Below, in pieces: positions 50,631-59,330 of a stretch of 64,000 bases of DNA. The notes under the pieces are model-generated. The model had not been told where the DNA came from. It made no database searches and worked only from the letters and a program-made list of their open reading frames with translations. The DNA is from a bacterium (GTDB lineage Bacteria > Pseudomonadota > Gammaproteobacteria > Burkholderiales > Burkholderiaceae_C), in the NCBI GenBank assembly GCA_030824555.1, contig JAVBXK010000052.1:3059-67058 (forward strand). Reading direction: 5' to 3'. Both the position numbers and the translations under genes were made by a program. Each line of letters starts with the position of its first letter. Positions within the stretch are counted from its first letter, which is position 1.

Positions 50631-51960
50631 CTGTGCGCATCAGCTTTTTTCGCACCAACTGTATGTGGCTGCGCAGGGCATACAGCTCGTCGGTGTAGGC
50701 CAATGGCACCACGATGTCGTCGGTGCAGCGGTCCAGGGCGTCCAGCTCGGCCAGCAGCGCGGGCAAGGCTGCTGCGGGGTCAGGTGCCTCGGCCGCCCGC
50801 CGCTCGATGTCGCGCAACTGGGCGTACCACTTGAACACACGTGACCGGATGCGCATGGTGTACAGCGGCGGCACGATGCGAGACAGCGGCAGTGCCAACG
50901 CCAGGATCAAACCCAGGGCCAGCCACATGCGCTCCACCAGGTTGGCCAGCCAGAAAGGCACGTGGCGCTGCAAAAAGGGCATGCCAGCCGTCTGTGCACG
51001 TTGAGCTTCGGCAGCCACGGGCAGTTCGGCCTGAGCCAAGTTGGGGTACTCGTGCAGCTGCCTGAACCAGCCAGGCGTGCCGTGCAGGGTGACGGCGGTC
51101 TGGGCCATCAGTTGCAGCACGGCGGGGTGCGTGTCGGCACGGGCCAGCAGGTTGGTGGTGGGCGCAATCAGGCTCACGTTGGTGGCCGGTATGTTGCGGC
51201 CCAGGTCCACCACACCTTGCGGCAACACCACGGGTTTGAGGTAGGCAAACCGGCGTGCGTAGGCTTGCGCCTGCTCAAAATCCAGCAGCCGCACACCGGG
51301 TGTTTGCAACAGCATCTGCACCAGCGGTGACTCGGGTGCCGAGGCGAACACCAGCGCATCGACCTCACCGCCCAAAAACGCCACCGTGGCAGGCGTGTGC
51401 TCTGACCTGGACAACACCAGGTCACCACTGGTCATGCGGTTGGCGGCCAGCACGCTGTCAAACAACAGGGGCACGCCGCTGCCTGGCGTACCCACGTTGA
51501 CACGCCAGCCTTTCAGTTGCGCCACATGGGTGATGCGCGCATGGCCCGTGCGGCGCAGTGCAGCCCGTTCGCGGTAAAACAGCCACACCGGCTCGACGAA
51601 CAGGCTGCCCAGCGTCGTCAGCTCCTCGGCATCGGTTTCGGTGAAGGTGGCGCTGCCGCCTTGCACAAACGCCAGATCGGCATCACCTGCGCGTAGCAGG
51701 GCCAGGTTGTCAGACGAACCGTCGGTGGGCTTCAGCACCAGCTCGATGCCTTGGGCGGCCAATGCATCGGCGTAGCGCTGGCCGAAGGCGGCGTAGGCGC
51801 TTTGGTCGGGGCCGGTGGCCAGCACCACGCGTTTGGGCGGGTTGGGGTCCAGCCACCAGAACGCCAGCACCACCAGGCCCGCCACCAATGCCACCAGGGG
51901 GCCAGCGGAAAGCAGCAAGTCGCGCACGGCGAGGAGCAGCAAGCGGATGCGCTGCTTCAT
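50626..51960 (-). CDS. TAXI-family (TRAP-associated) solute-binding-like protein with N- and C-terminal membrane segments
   Basis: MKQRIRLLLLAVRDLLLSAGPLVALVAGLVVLAFWW, VVLATGPDQSAYAAFGQRYA, LRAGDADLAFVQGG, and C-terminal TM helices. The start overlaps the dusA stop (ATGA). Confidence 0.75.
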   Translation of the reverse strand: MKQRIRLLLLAVRDLLLSAGPLVALVAGLVVLAFWWLDPNPPKRVVLATGPDQSAYAAFGQRYADALAAQGIELVLKPTDGSSDNLALLRAGDADLAFVQGGSATFTETDAEELTTLGSLFVEPVWLFYRERAALRRTGHARITHVAQLKGWRVNVGTPGSGVPLLFDSVLAANRMTSGDLVLSRSEHTPATVAFLGGEVDALVFASAPESPLVQMLLQTPGVRLLDFEQAQAYARRFAYLKPVVLPQGVVDLGRNIPATNVSLIAPTTNLLARADTHPAVLQLMAQTAVTLHGTPGWFRQLHEYPNLAQAELPVAAEAQRAQTAGMPFLQRHVPFWLANLVERMWLALGLILALALPLSRIVPPLYTMRIRSRVFKWYAQLRDIERRAAEAPDPAAALPALLAELDALDRCTDDIVVPLAYTDELYALRSHIQLVRKKLMRTG

Positions 51961-53009
51961 GCCAGCACCGCCCGAGCCTGCGCCAGCACCTCGGTTGCGG
52001 GCAGGTGTTTCAGGCGGTGGTCGCTCCACACCTGGCGCCACTTGCGTGCGCCCGGCGTGCCGTTGCGCAAACCCAGCATGTGACGCGCGATGTGCGACCA
52101 CGGTGTGCCGTGTTCGGTGGCCTGCTGCACCATGTAGGCCACCATCGCTTCTTCCACTGTTTCGCGGGTCAGTGGTGCGACGGACCGCGTGGCATGGGTG
52201 GCATCGGCTGCGCCGGTTCCAGCGCTGCCGTCGGCGGGCTCACCCGGCTGCGCGACTGGCCAGAACAGCGCATCCCATTCGGCCATGGCCCAGGGGTTGT
52301 GATAGGCCTCGCGCCCGATCATCACGCCGTCCACGTGCTGCAGGTGCGTGCGCATGGGTTCGGTGCCGGCGATGCCGCCATTGACGACGATGGTCAACGC
52401 GGGGAAGTCGGCCTTCAGGCGGTAGGCCAGCTCGTAACGCAGGGGGGGTACCTCGCGGTTTTCTTTGGGGCTCAGCCCCTTGAGCCACGCGTTGCGTGCG
52501 TGCACGGTGAACACCTGGCAGCCGGCTTGGGCCACGGTGCCCACGAAGTCGCGCACGAAGTCGTAGCTTTCGGTTTTGTCGATGCCGATGCGGTGCTTCA
52601 CCGTGACGGGCACGCTGGCCACGTCGACCATGGCCTTCACGCAGTCGGCCACCAGCTGGGGCTCGGCCATCAGGCAGGCACCGAAGGCACCGCGCTGCAC
52701 GCGTTCACTGGGGCAGCCGCAATTCAGGTTGATTTCGTCGTAACCCCATTGCTCGCCCAACTTGGCGCAGTGGGCCAGGTCGGCGGGCTCGCTGCCGCCC
52801 AGTTGCAGGGCCACGGGGTGTTCTTCGGCGTTGAAGCGCAGGTGACGGGCCACGTCGCCGTGCAGCAAGGCGCCCGTGGTCACCATCTCGGTGTACAACA
52901 GCGTGCGCCGGGTCAGCAGCCTGTGAAAGTAGCGACAGTGTCTGTCGGTCCAGTCCAGCATGGGTGCCACTGAAATTTTCCACATGCTGTTTGGTGGGCT
53001 TGCAATCAT
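51957..53009 (-). CDS. dusA: tRNA dihydrouridine synthase A
   Basis: ISVAPMLDWTDRHCRYFHRLL, and NLNCGCPS. The start is 53009 or 52985. Confidence 0.92.
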   Translation of the reverse strand: MIASPPNSMWKISVAPMLDWTDRHCRYFHRLLTRRTLLYTEMVTTGALLHGDVARHLRFNAEEHPVALQLGGSEPADLAHCAKLGEQWGYDEINLNCGCPSERVQRGAFGACLMAEPQLVADCVKAMVDVASVPVTVKHRIGIDKTESYDFVRDFVGTVAQAGCQVFTVHARNAWLKGLSPKENREVPPLRYELAYRLKADFPALTIVVNGGIAGTEPMRTHLQHVDGVMIGREAYHNPWAMAEWDALFWPVAQPGEPADGSAGTGAADATHATRSVAPLTRETVEEAMVAYMVQQATEHGTPWSHIARHMLGLRNGTPGARKWRQVWSDHRLKHLPATEVLAQARAVLA

Positions 53010-53101
53010 TGTTTATTCTGCGGATTGACGGACACGGATCGTAAATGGAGAGCCAGCAAACGGAGCGTGCCGTGAGCTGGCTCACCGTTCATGGCATTAC
53101 A

Positions 53102-53168
53102 GATGGCATTTTAATTAACATCAAATATGCCATGTGACACATATATTGATTGCATAGATAGCTACAAA
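53102..53168 (-). repeat. AT-rich intergenic element, copy E (reverse orientation, diverged 3' half)
   Basis: The reverse complement, tttgTAGCTatctatGCAATCAAtatATG..., aligns with copy B (tttgaTAGCTgactgcGCAATCAAatcATG...). It lies between the divergent dusA and mscS-like genes. Confidence 0.45.
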
Positions 53169-53169
53169 A

Positions 53170-54885
53170 ATGATATTTCTTGCCACACTGACCCACCTGG
53201 CTTGCCAGCGTGGGGGCCTCGCCATCCGTCGGCTGCTCGGGTTGTCCTGGTGGCTTTGCGCGCTGCTCTGGGTTTGGGCCGGACCTGTACAGGCACAGCC
53301 GCTGGACCTCGCAGTGGCACCCGTGGCCACCGCCGCGCAACAAGTGCATGCGGTGCCCTTGATCCTGAACAACCGCAAGATCGTCACGTTCCGTGCCGAT
53401 TTGCTGGGCGACACCCCCGCAGACAGGGCCGAGCTGGCCCGCTTGGCCGTCTCCAACGCCATGGAGACCAACGGGCCTGGGGTGGTAACACGGGTGCTGC
53501 TGGGCGATGCCGTGCGCCTGGAGCTGGACGGGCAGCCCGTGTTTTTCGTGGTGCCTGGCGACCTGGGTGGCCCACGGCCAGCCGGACTGCTGGAGGCCGC
53601 TTCGCAAGACGTGGCGCAACGCCTGCAAACAGCAGTGAACGAAGCCAGCGAGCGCACCAACCCCAAAAAATGGGCCGAAGGTGCGGCGTATTCGTTGCTG
53701 GCCACGCTGCTGGCCTATGCGTTGATGCGCCTGTTGCTGACCATCAGGCACCGCACAACCGTGCGCATGCACAACTTGCTGCGCGAGCAGGGCAAACAAA
53801 GCCAGTTGGGCACCTGGCTGGTGGACTATGCCAACCATGCCCGCACGGCCACGCGCGCAGCCACCGCTGCCATCACCTGGGCTTTGATACTGTTGCTGCT
53901 GGATGCCTGGGCCACGTTTGTGTTCCATCAGTTTGCCTACACCCGGCCGTGGGGCGAGCGCTCCACCGCGTGGTTGCTTGGGCTGTTCGGTCAATTTGCA
54001 TCGGCCATTGCCGGTGCCGTGCCAGACTTGCTGACCGCAGCGCTGATATTTGTGCTGGCACGTGCTGTGGCCCGCGCCACCAGCGGTTTTTTGCAGCGCG
54101 TGGAAAACGGTGAGGCACACGTGAACTGGCTCGACGCCGACACGGCCGTGCCCACCCGTCGGCTGACCACCGCCGCCATCTGGCTGTTTGCACTGGCCAT
54201 GGCGTACCCCTACCTGCCCGGTGCGGGCAGCGAGGCGTTCAAGGGCGTGTCGGTGCTGGCGGGCTTGATGCTGTCGCTGGGTGCCTCCAGCGTAGTGGGG
54301 CAAGCGCTGTCGGGCCTGAGCCTGATGTATTCCCGCTCGCTGCGGGTGGGTGAATTTGTGAAGGTGGGGGACGTGGAAGGCACGGTCACCGGCATGGGCA
54401 TGTTCACCACCCGCGTGCACACCGGCCTGGGCGAAGAGGTGAGCATGCCGAACTCGGTGGTGTTCAGCCAGCCCATTCGCAACTTTTCCCGGTTGGTCAA
54501 GGATGGCCGCTTCATGATCCACACCACGGTCACCATCGGCTATGCCACCCCGTGGCGACAGGTGCACGCCATGCTGATGGAAGGGGCACGGCGCTCACCG
54601 GGTGTGGCAGACGACCCTCAACCTTATGTGGTGCAAACTGCCCTTTCCGACTTCTACGTCGAGTACCGCCTGTGCGCACAAAGCAGCCGCGACGCACCGG
54701 CACTGCGCGCCGAAGTCATCAGCCAGCTGCATTCGAACGTGCAAGACGTGTTCAACGAAAACGGTGTGCAGATCATGTCGCCGCATTACATGGCCGATAC
54801 GGCCGAGCCCCAGGTGGTAGCACCGGGGCCTTGGGCTTCGCAACCGCCACCTGGCACTGCCGCCCCAACCTTGGAGCCGCGATGA
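53170..54885 (+). CDS. Mechanosensitive ion channel (MscS family) with an extended N-terminal domain
   Basis: Signal/TM N-terminus, several TM helices, and an MscS beta-domain (VGEFVKVGDVEGTVTGMGMFTTRVHT). Confidence 0.85.
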   Translation: MIFLATLTHLACQRGGLAIRRLLGLSWWLCALLWVWAGPVQAQPLDLAVAPVATAAQQVHAVPLILNNRKIVTFRADLLGDTPADRAELARLAVSNAMETNGPGVVTRVLLGDAVRLELDGQPVFFVVPGDLGGPRPAGLLEAASQDVAQRLQTAVNEASERTNPKKWAEGAAYSLLATLLAYALMRLLLTIRHRTTVRMHNLLREQGKQSQLGTWLVDYANHARTATRAATAAITWALILLLLDAWATFVFHQFAYTRPWGERSTAWLLGLFGQFASAIAGAVPDLLTAALIFVLARAVARATSGFLQRVENGEAHVNWLDADTAVPTRRLTTAAIWLFALAMAYPYLPGAGSEAFKGVSVLAGLMLSLGASSVVGQALSGLSLMYSRSLRVGEFVKVGDVEGTVTGMGMFTTRVHTGLGEEVSMPNSVVFSQPIRNFSRLVKDGRFMIHTTVTIGYATPWRQVHAMLMEGARRSPGVADDPQPYVVQTALSDFYVEYRLCAQSSRDAPALRAEVISQLHSNVQDVFNENGVQIMSPHYMADTAEPQVVAPGPWASQPPPGTAAPTLEPR

Positions 54886-54891
54886 GCCCGC

Positions 54892-56304
54892 TTACATCGT
54901 TTGCAAGGTCTTCCCGCCGTTGTGTGGTGCAACGGGCATGAAAGGCATTGTGGTCTTGATGATGGCCCGGCGATCCGTCTCGACGCGGTTGCGGCCACCC
55001 AGTTTGGCGCGGTACAGTGCCCGGTCGATGCGCTGAAACAGCTCGAACTCGTTTTCACCGGGGGCGTATTCACCCACGCCCAGGCTGATGGTCAGCCGGA
55101 TGTCCGACACGAACACGTGCTGCTCGATGGCGATGCGCAACCGCTCGGCAAACACCTCGGCCGCATCGAGGGCGGTGTGGCTGAGCAGCATCGTGAACTC
55201 TTCCCCACCCCAACGCACGGCCGCATCGGTCTTGCGGACGGCCTTATCGATTTCCGATGCAACAGCCTTCAGAATCAGATCGCCCACCATGTGCCCGTGG
55301 GTGTCGTTGATGTGTTTGAAATGGTCGATGTCGATCATCACCAGTGAGAACCCGGCAGCACCATACCGGCCAATGCGATCGATTTCCTCATCCATTTTTT
55401 TGTGAAGCAGGCGACGGTTGCCCAGTCCTGTCAACACGTCGGTCACCGCCAGCAGTTCAAGCCGACGGGCCTTGACCTCCAGCATGTCAACCAGCTCTTG
55501 CAGCTCTGACGAATGGTGTTTGAGGATGTTCATCCACGAGCCATAGGCGTAACTGATCAGCTCGCTTTGCGGGATGACGCCCACCAGTTGCTGGTTGTCA
55601 TCGACCACGATGGTGCGTTTGATCCGGTGGTGTTTGAGTTGCAGCAACGACTCGTTGATGGTGGTGCCATGGTGTGCGGTGATCACCGGGCTGGTCATCA
55701 GCGCTGACAGGGGTTTGCAGACATCTGCCCCTGAAAAAATCAGGCCGAACACGTCTTTCGTGGTCACGATACCGACCGGCTTGCCGTCGTCCACCACGAT
55801 GATGGCGTCTTCCATGTCGCAGAAGTGGTGCATCACGTCTTCCAGGATCCAATCCCCGGTGAACATGACGGGTTCGTGCCGGGCCACCATTTCGCCGACG
55901 GTTTTTCTGTCCAGAAAAATAGCTGGGTCAATCGATGTCAGGATGTCCGAGTGCGTGCTGATACCCACCAGGTCACCGCGCTCGTCCACCACGCCCACAT
56001 GGTGCAGACCGTTGTTGTCCATGTATTCCAGCACCACCAGCAACTTTTCGGAGGCGGGCAGGCAATCCAATCGCCGAAGTTGGAACGTGTTCAGCGACAC
56101 GTCGCTGCTGCCGCCCCTGTGGACGTGTGCCAGCAACTCTTCTATGGAAAAAATCCGCCACCCATCGGCATCCTGTGTGACCACACTGCTGACTTGCTTG
56201 TGGGCCATCAGGTCGGCCACTTCGCGCAAGGGGATGTTTGGGTCGCAATGCAGGATGGTTTTCTGTGCAATGCTCCCGATGGAAGGGAATGCCGCATGCT
56301 TCAT
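54892..56304 (-). CDS. CBS-domain diguanylate cyclase (GGEEF)
   Basis: Tandem CBS pairs in the N-terminal ~290 aa, a coiled linker, and a GGDEF domain with RWGGEEFTMLL. Confidence 0.88.
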   Translation of the reverse strand: MKHAAFPSIGSIAQKTILHCDPNIPLREVADLMAHKQVSSVVTQDADGWRIFSIEELLAHVHRGGSSDVSLNTFQLRRLDCLPASEKLLVVLEYMDNNGLHHVGVVDERGDLVGISTHSDILTSIDPAIFLDRKTVGEMVARHEPVMFTGDWILEDVMHHFCDMEDAIIVVDDGKPVGIVTTKDVFGLIFSGADVCKPLSALMTSPVITAHHGTTINESLLQLKHHRIKRTIVVDDNQQLVGVIPQSELISYAYGSWMNILKHHSSELQELVDMLEVKARRLELLAVTDVLTGLGNRRLLHKKMDEEIDRIGRYGAAGFSLVMIDIDHFKHINDTHGHMVGDLILKAVASEIDKAVRKTDAAVRWGGEEFTMLLSHTALDAAEVFAERLRIAIEQHVFVSDIRLTISLGVGEYAPGENEFELFQRIDRALYRAKLGGRNRVETDRRAIIKTTMPFMPVAPHNGGKTLQTM

Positions 56305-56990
56305 CTGTTGACCTCGGCACCGGCCGCAGCCGACTGCACGTTGTGGCGCTTGGCCAGAATATCCCTGTATTGATTGTGTTTACCGACAAATTCTGCAATG
56401 GTGCCGGATTGCGTTTTGCCCATCACCTTGGCCCGGTGGGCCTTCACCGTTTTGAGGGTGATGCCCAGCGTCTGCGCAATCTCCAGGTTCGGCAGCCCTG
56501 CCCCCACCAGCTGGGCCACCTCCAGCTCGCGAGGTGACAGCAGTGCAAACAGGCCCAGCACAGTTCGGGCCCGCCGCATTGACTCGACCCTGTGCGCATG
56601 GCGCAGGAACGCAGCCTCGATGCAGCCGCTGATCTTGGCCAATGTGAACGGCTTGCGGATGAACTCGCCTTCAAACGAGTTCATCAGGTGCGACAGCGGT
56701 GCGGTGGCAGCGGGCAAGCCGATGCAAATTTTAGGGATCAGGCTGATGTGTTCGTTCACATACCAGCTCACGTCGGCCACCAGCGCCTTGGCATCGATCA
56801 CGAGGCACATGGTCAGACTGGCCTCGGGCGCATCAGAGTCCAACGCCTTGATCCACTGGGCAAAATCCCAGCAACATGCAAACGACTTCGTCGTGTAACC
56901 CCCCTGTGGCCCCAGACGAGAGAGGGCCTTGAAAGTGGCAATGTCGTCGTCAATGACGATCACCATCCGGTCGGACTTCGCGGGGTGCAT
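56301..56990 (-). CDS. LuxR-type HTH regulator with an atypical receiver-like N-terminal domain
   Basis: LSPRELEVAQLVGAGLPNLEIAQTLGITLKTVKAHRAKVM. The stop overlaps the cyclase start (ATGA). Start uncertain (56990 or 56966). Confidence 0.78.
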   Translation of the reverse strand: MHPAKSDRMVIVIDDDIATFKALSRLGPQGGYTTKSFACCWDFAQWIKALDSDAPEASLTMCLVIDAKALVADVSWYVNEHISLIPKICIGLPAATAPLSHLMNSFEGEFIRKPFTLAKISGCIEAAFLRHAHRVESMRRARTVLGLFALLSPRELEVAQLVGAGLPNLEIAQTLGITLKTVKAHRAKVMGKTQSGTIAEFVGKHNQYRDILAKRHNVQSAAAGAEVNR

Positions 56991-57141
56991 GCAAATGATG
57001 GGGGCTGGGGCTGCAGGTCTGGGGGCGGTCAGCAAACTGCATGGCGCGACACGCGGTCCGCGCAACCCGTTTGGTGGTTTGCCTCTGATGCTACTGCCAG
57101 GTGGCCCAAAGGTATATTGGTCTTTGGACCTATTGGGCATG

Positions 57142-57166
57142 AAAAAACCCGCACGAGGCGGGTTTT
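57142..57166 (-). terminator. Rho-independent terminator after phaB
   Basis: Minus strand AAAACCCGC-ctcgt-GCGGGTTTT followed by TT, 55 nt after the phaB stop. Confidence 0.75.
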
Positions 57167-57220
57167 GTCTCCACGTGAGCCGGGCCGTGCGTGTGCACCA
57201 CCCGGCGGTGCACGCAGCGA

Positions 57221-57958
57221 TCAGCTCATGTGCAGGCCACCGTTCACGGCAAACTCGGCACCCGTGGCGTAGCCGCCTTCGTCCGAAGCCAGCCACGCAA
57301 TGATGGAAGCGATTTCGCTGGGCAGGCCCAGGCGCTTGACGGGCACGGTGTTGACGATCTTTTCCAGCACGTCAGGGCGAATGGCGTTGACCATGTCGGT
57401 ACCCACGTAGCCGGGGCTGACGGTGTTGACCGTCACACCCTTGTTGGCCAGTTCCTGGGCCAAAGCCATGGAGAAACCGTGCATACCGGCCTTGGCAGCC
57501 GAGTAGTTGGTCTGGCCAGCCTGGCCCTTGGCACCGTTCACCGAGGAAATGTTGATGATGCGGCCAAAGCCCTTTTCAACCATGTCGGCCACGACTTGCT
57601 TGGTCACGTTGAACATGGAAGTCAGGTTGGTGCTGATCACGCCGTCCCAGTCTTCCTTGCTCATTTTGATGAACATGCGGTCGCGGGTGATACCGGCGTT
57701 GTTCACCAGCACGTCGATGGTGCCGTGTTCGGCCTTGGTCTTGGTGAAGGCTTCGACGGTGGAATCCCAGTCGCCCACGTTACCCATGGACGCGTAAAAG
57801 GTGTAACCCAACGCAGCTTGCTCGTCCAGCCACTTCTGTGCATCACGGGTAGGGCCGCAACCGGCAATGACTTTAAAACCGTCTTTGTGCAAGCGTTGGC
57901 AAATGGCGGTACCGATGCCACCCATGCCACCGGTGACGTATGCAACTTTTTGACTCAT
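57221..57958 (-). CDS. phaB: Acetoacetyl-CoA reductase
   Basis: 245-aa SDR with VTGGMGGIG, NNAG and YSAAK. Follows phaA. Confidence 0.92.
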   Translation of the reverse strand: MSQKVAYVTGGMGGIGTAICQRLHKDGFKVIAGCGPTRDAQKWLDEQAALGYTFYASMGNVGDWDSTVEAFTKTKAEHGTIDVLVNNAGITRDRMFIKMSKEDWDGVISTNLTSMFNVTKQVVADMVEKGFGRIINISSVNGAKGQAGQTNYSAAKAGMHGFSMALAQELANKGVTVNTVSPGYVGTDMVNAIRPDVLEKIVNTVPVKRLGLPSEIASIIAWLASDEGGYATGAEFAVNGGLHMS

Positions 57959-58030
57959 TTGTTTCCTCGTTTCTTTCTCTGCTGGTGTGATCCGGGCCCA
58001 TTCTGTTGGCCCGGGGGTTTTTCTGGTAAC

Positions 58031-58085
58031 GATAGCAAACTATCTTTACCTATCAAGCGATGAGGCCTGAAATTTTATAAATATC
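58031..58085 (+). repeat. AT-rich intergenic element, copy D
   Basis: GATAGCAAACTATCtTTACCtatcAAGCGATGAGgcctgaaaTTTTAtaAATATC. It lies between phaA and phaB, and its last 2 nt overlap the phaA stop. Confidence 0.7.
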
Positions 58086-59262
58086 AACGCTCAAGCGTCA
58101 GGGCAACACCCATGCCACCGCCGATGCACAGTGCAGCCAGGCCCTTCTTGGCGTTGCTGCGCTGCATTTCGTGCAGCAGCGTCACCAGGATGCGGCAACC
58201 GGACGCACCGATGGGGTGGCCGATGGCAATGGCGCCACCGTTCACGTTCACCTTGGCGGGGTCGATGTCCAGTGCCTTGTTCACGGCACAGGCTTGGGCG
58301 GCAAAGGCTTCGTTCAACTCGAACAGGTCCACGTCAGATGCTTTCCAGCCTGCACGGGCCAGCGCACGCTGGGAAGCCGACACCGGGCCCATGCCCATGA
58401 TGGCGGGGTCGAGGCCGGTGGTGCCGAAGCTGGCAATGCGTGCCAGCGGTGTCAGGCCCAGGGCTGCGGCTTTCTTGGCGGTCATGACCATCACGGCGGC
58501 TGCACCGTCGTTGATGCCGGATGCATTGCCAGCTGTCACGCTGCCAGCTTTGTCGAATGCGGGGCGCAGGCCAGCCAACGCTTCGGCTGTGGTCTTTTTA
58601 TTGATGAACTCGTCAGCGTTGAACACCAGCGGGTCACCTTTGCGCTGAGGAATGACCACATCGACGATTTCGCCCTTGAACTTGCCAGCGTCTTGCGCAG
58701 CCGATGCCTTTTGCTGGCTGGCCAGGGCCAGTGCGTCTTGCATGTCGCGGGTGATGCCGTTGGCCTTGGCCACGTTCTCGGCGGTGATGCCCATGTGGTA
58801 CTGGTTGTACACATCCCACAGGCCGTCGTTGATCATGGTGTCGATCATTTTCCAGTCGCCCATGCGCTGGCCGTCGCGGCTGCCCAGCAGCACGTGAGGA
58901 GACGCGGACATGTTTTCCTGGCCACCGGCGATGACGATTTCGCTGTCGCCCCAGGCCACAGACTGGGCTGCCAGCATCACGGCCTTGAGGCCGGAGCCGC
59001 ACACGGCGTTGATGGTCAGCGCTGGGGTTTCTTTGGCCAGACCGGCCTTCATCACAGCCTGACGTGCGGGGTTCTGGCCTGCGCCAGCTGCCAGCACCTG
59101 GCCCATGATGACTTCGCCCACGGCGTCTGTCGGCAAGCCGGAACGCTCAAGCAGGCCCTTGATGACGATGCTGCCCAGTTCGGTGGCCGATGTTTTGGCC
59201 AACGAACCACCAAACTTGCCCACTGCGGTACGGGCTGCTGAAACGATGACGATTTCTTCCAT
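58084..59262 (-). CDS. phaA: Acetyl-CoA acetyltransferase (beta-ketothiolase)
   Basis: Thiolase motifs NAVCGSGLKAV (active-site Cys) and GLAALCIGGGMGVA. Confidence 0.94.
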   Translation of the reverse strand: MEEIVIVSAARTAVGKFGGSLAKTSATELGSIVIKGLLERSGLPTDAVGEVIMGQVLAAGAGQNPARQAVMKAGLAKETPALTINAVCGSGLKAVMLAAQSVAWGDSEIVIAGGQENMSASPHVLLGSRDGQRMGDWKMIDTMINDGLWDVYNQYHMGITAENVAKANGITRDMQDALALASQQKASAAQDAGKFKGEIVDVVIPQRKGDPLVFNADEFINKKTTAEALAGLRPAFDKAGSVTAGNASGINDGAAAVMVMTAKKAAALGLTPLARIASFGTTGLDPAIMGMGPVSASQRALARAGWKASDVDLFELNEAFAAQACAVNKALDIDPAKVNVNGGAIAIGHPIGASGCRILVTLLHEMQRSNAKKGLAALCIGGGMGVALTLER

Positions 59263-59330
59263 TCAAGTCTCCTCGGGTAAAACAAACTGAAACAGGTCCC
59301 GACACTGCGGAACCCGACAAAAAAACGGTA

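Noticed and set aside
52985-53170. A dusA-specific integrative element, since the 5' end of dusA is a known integration hotspot.
   Set aside because: dusA appears intact from its N-terminal motifs. The upstream gene is an ordinary MscS channel, and no integrase is present. The AT-rich spacer is better explained as promoter sequence plus a diverged repeat copy.
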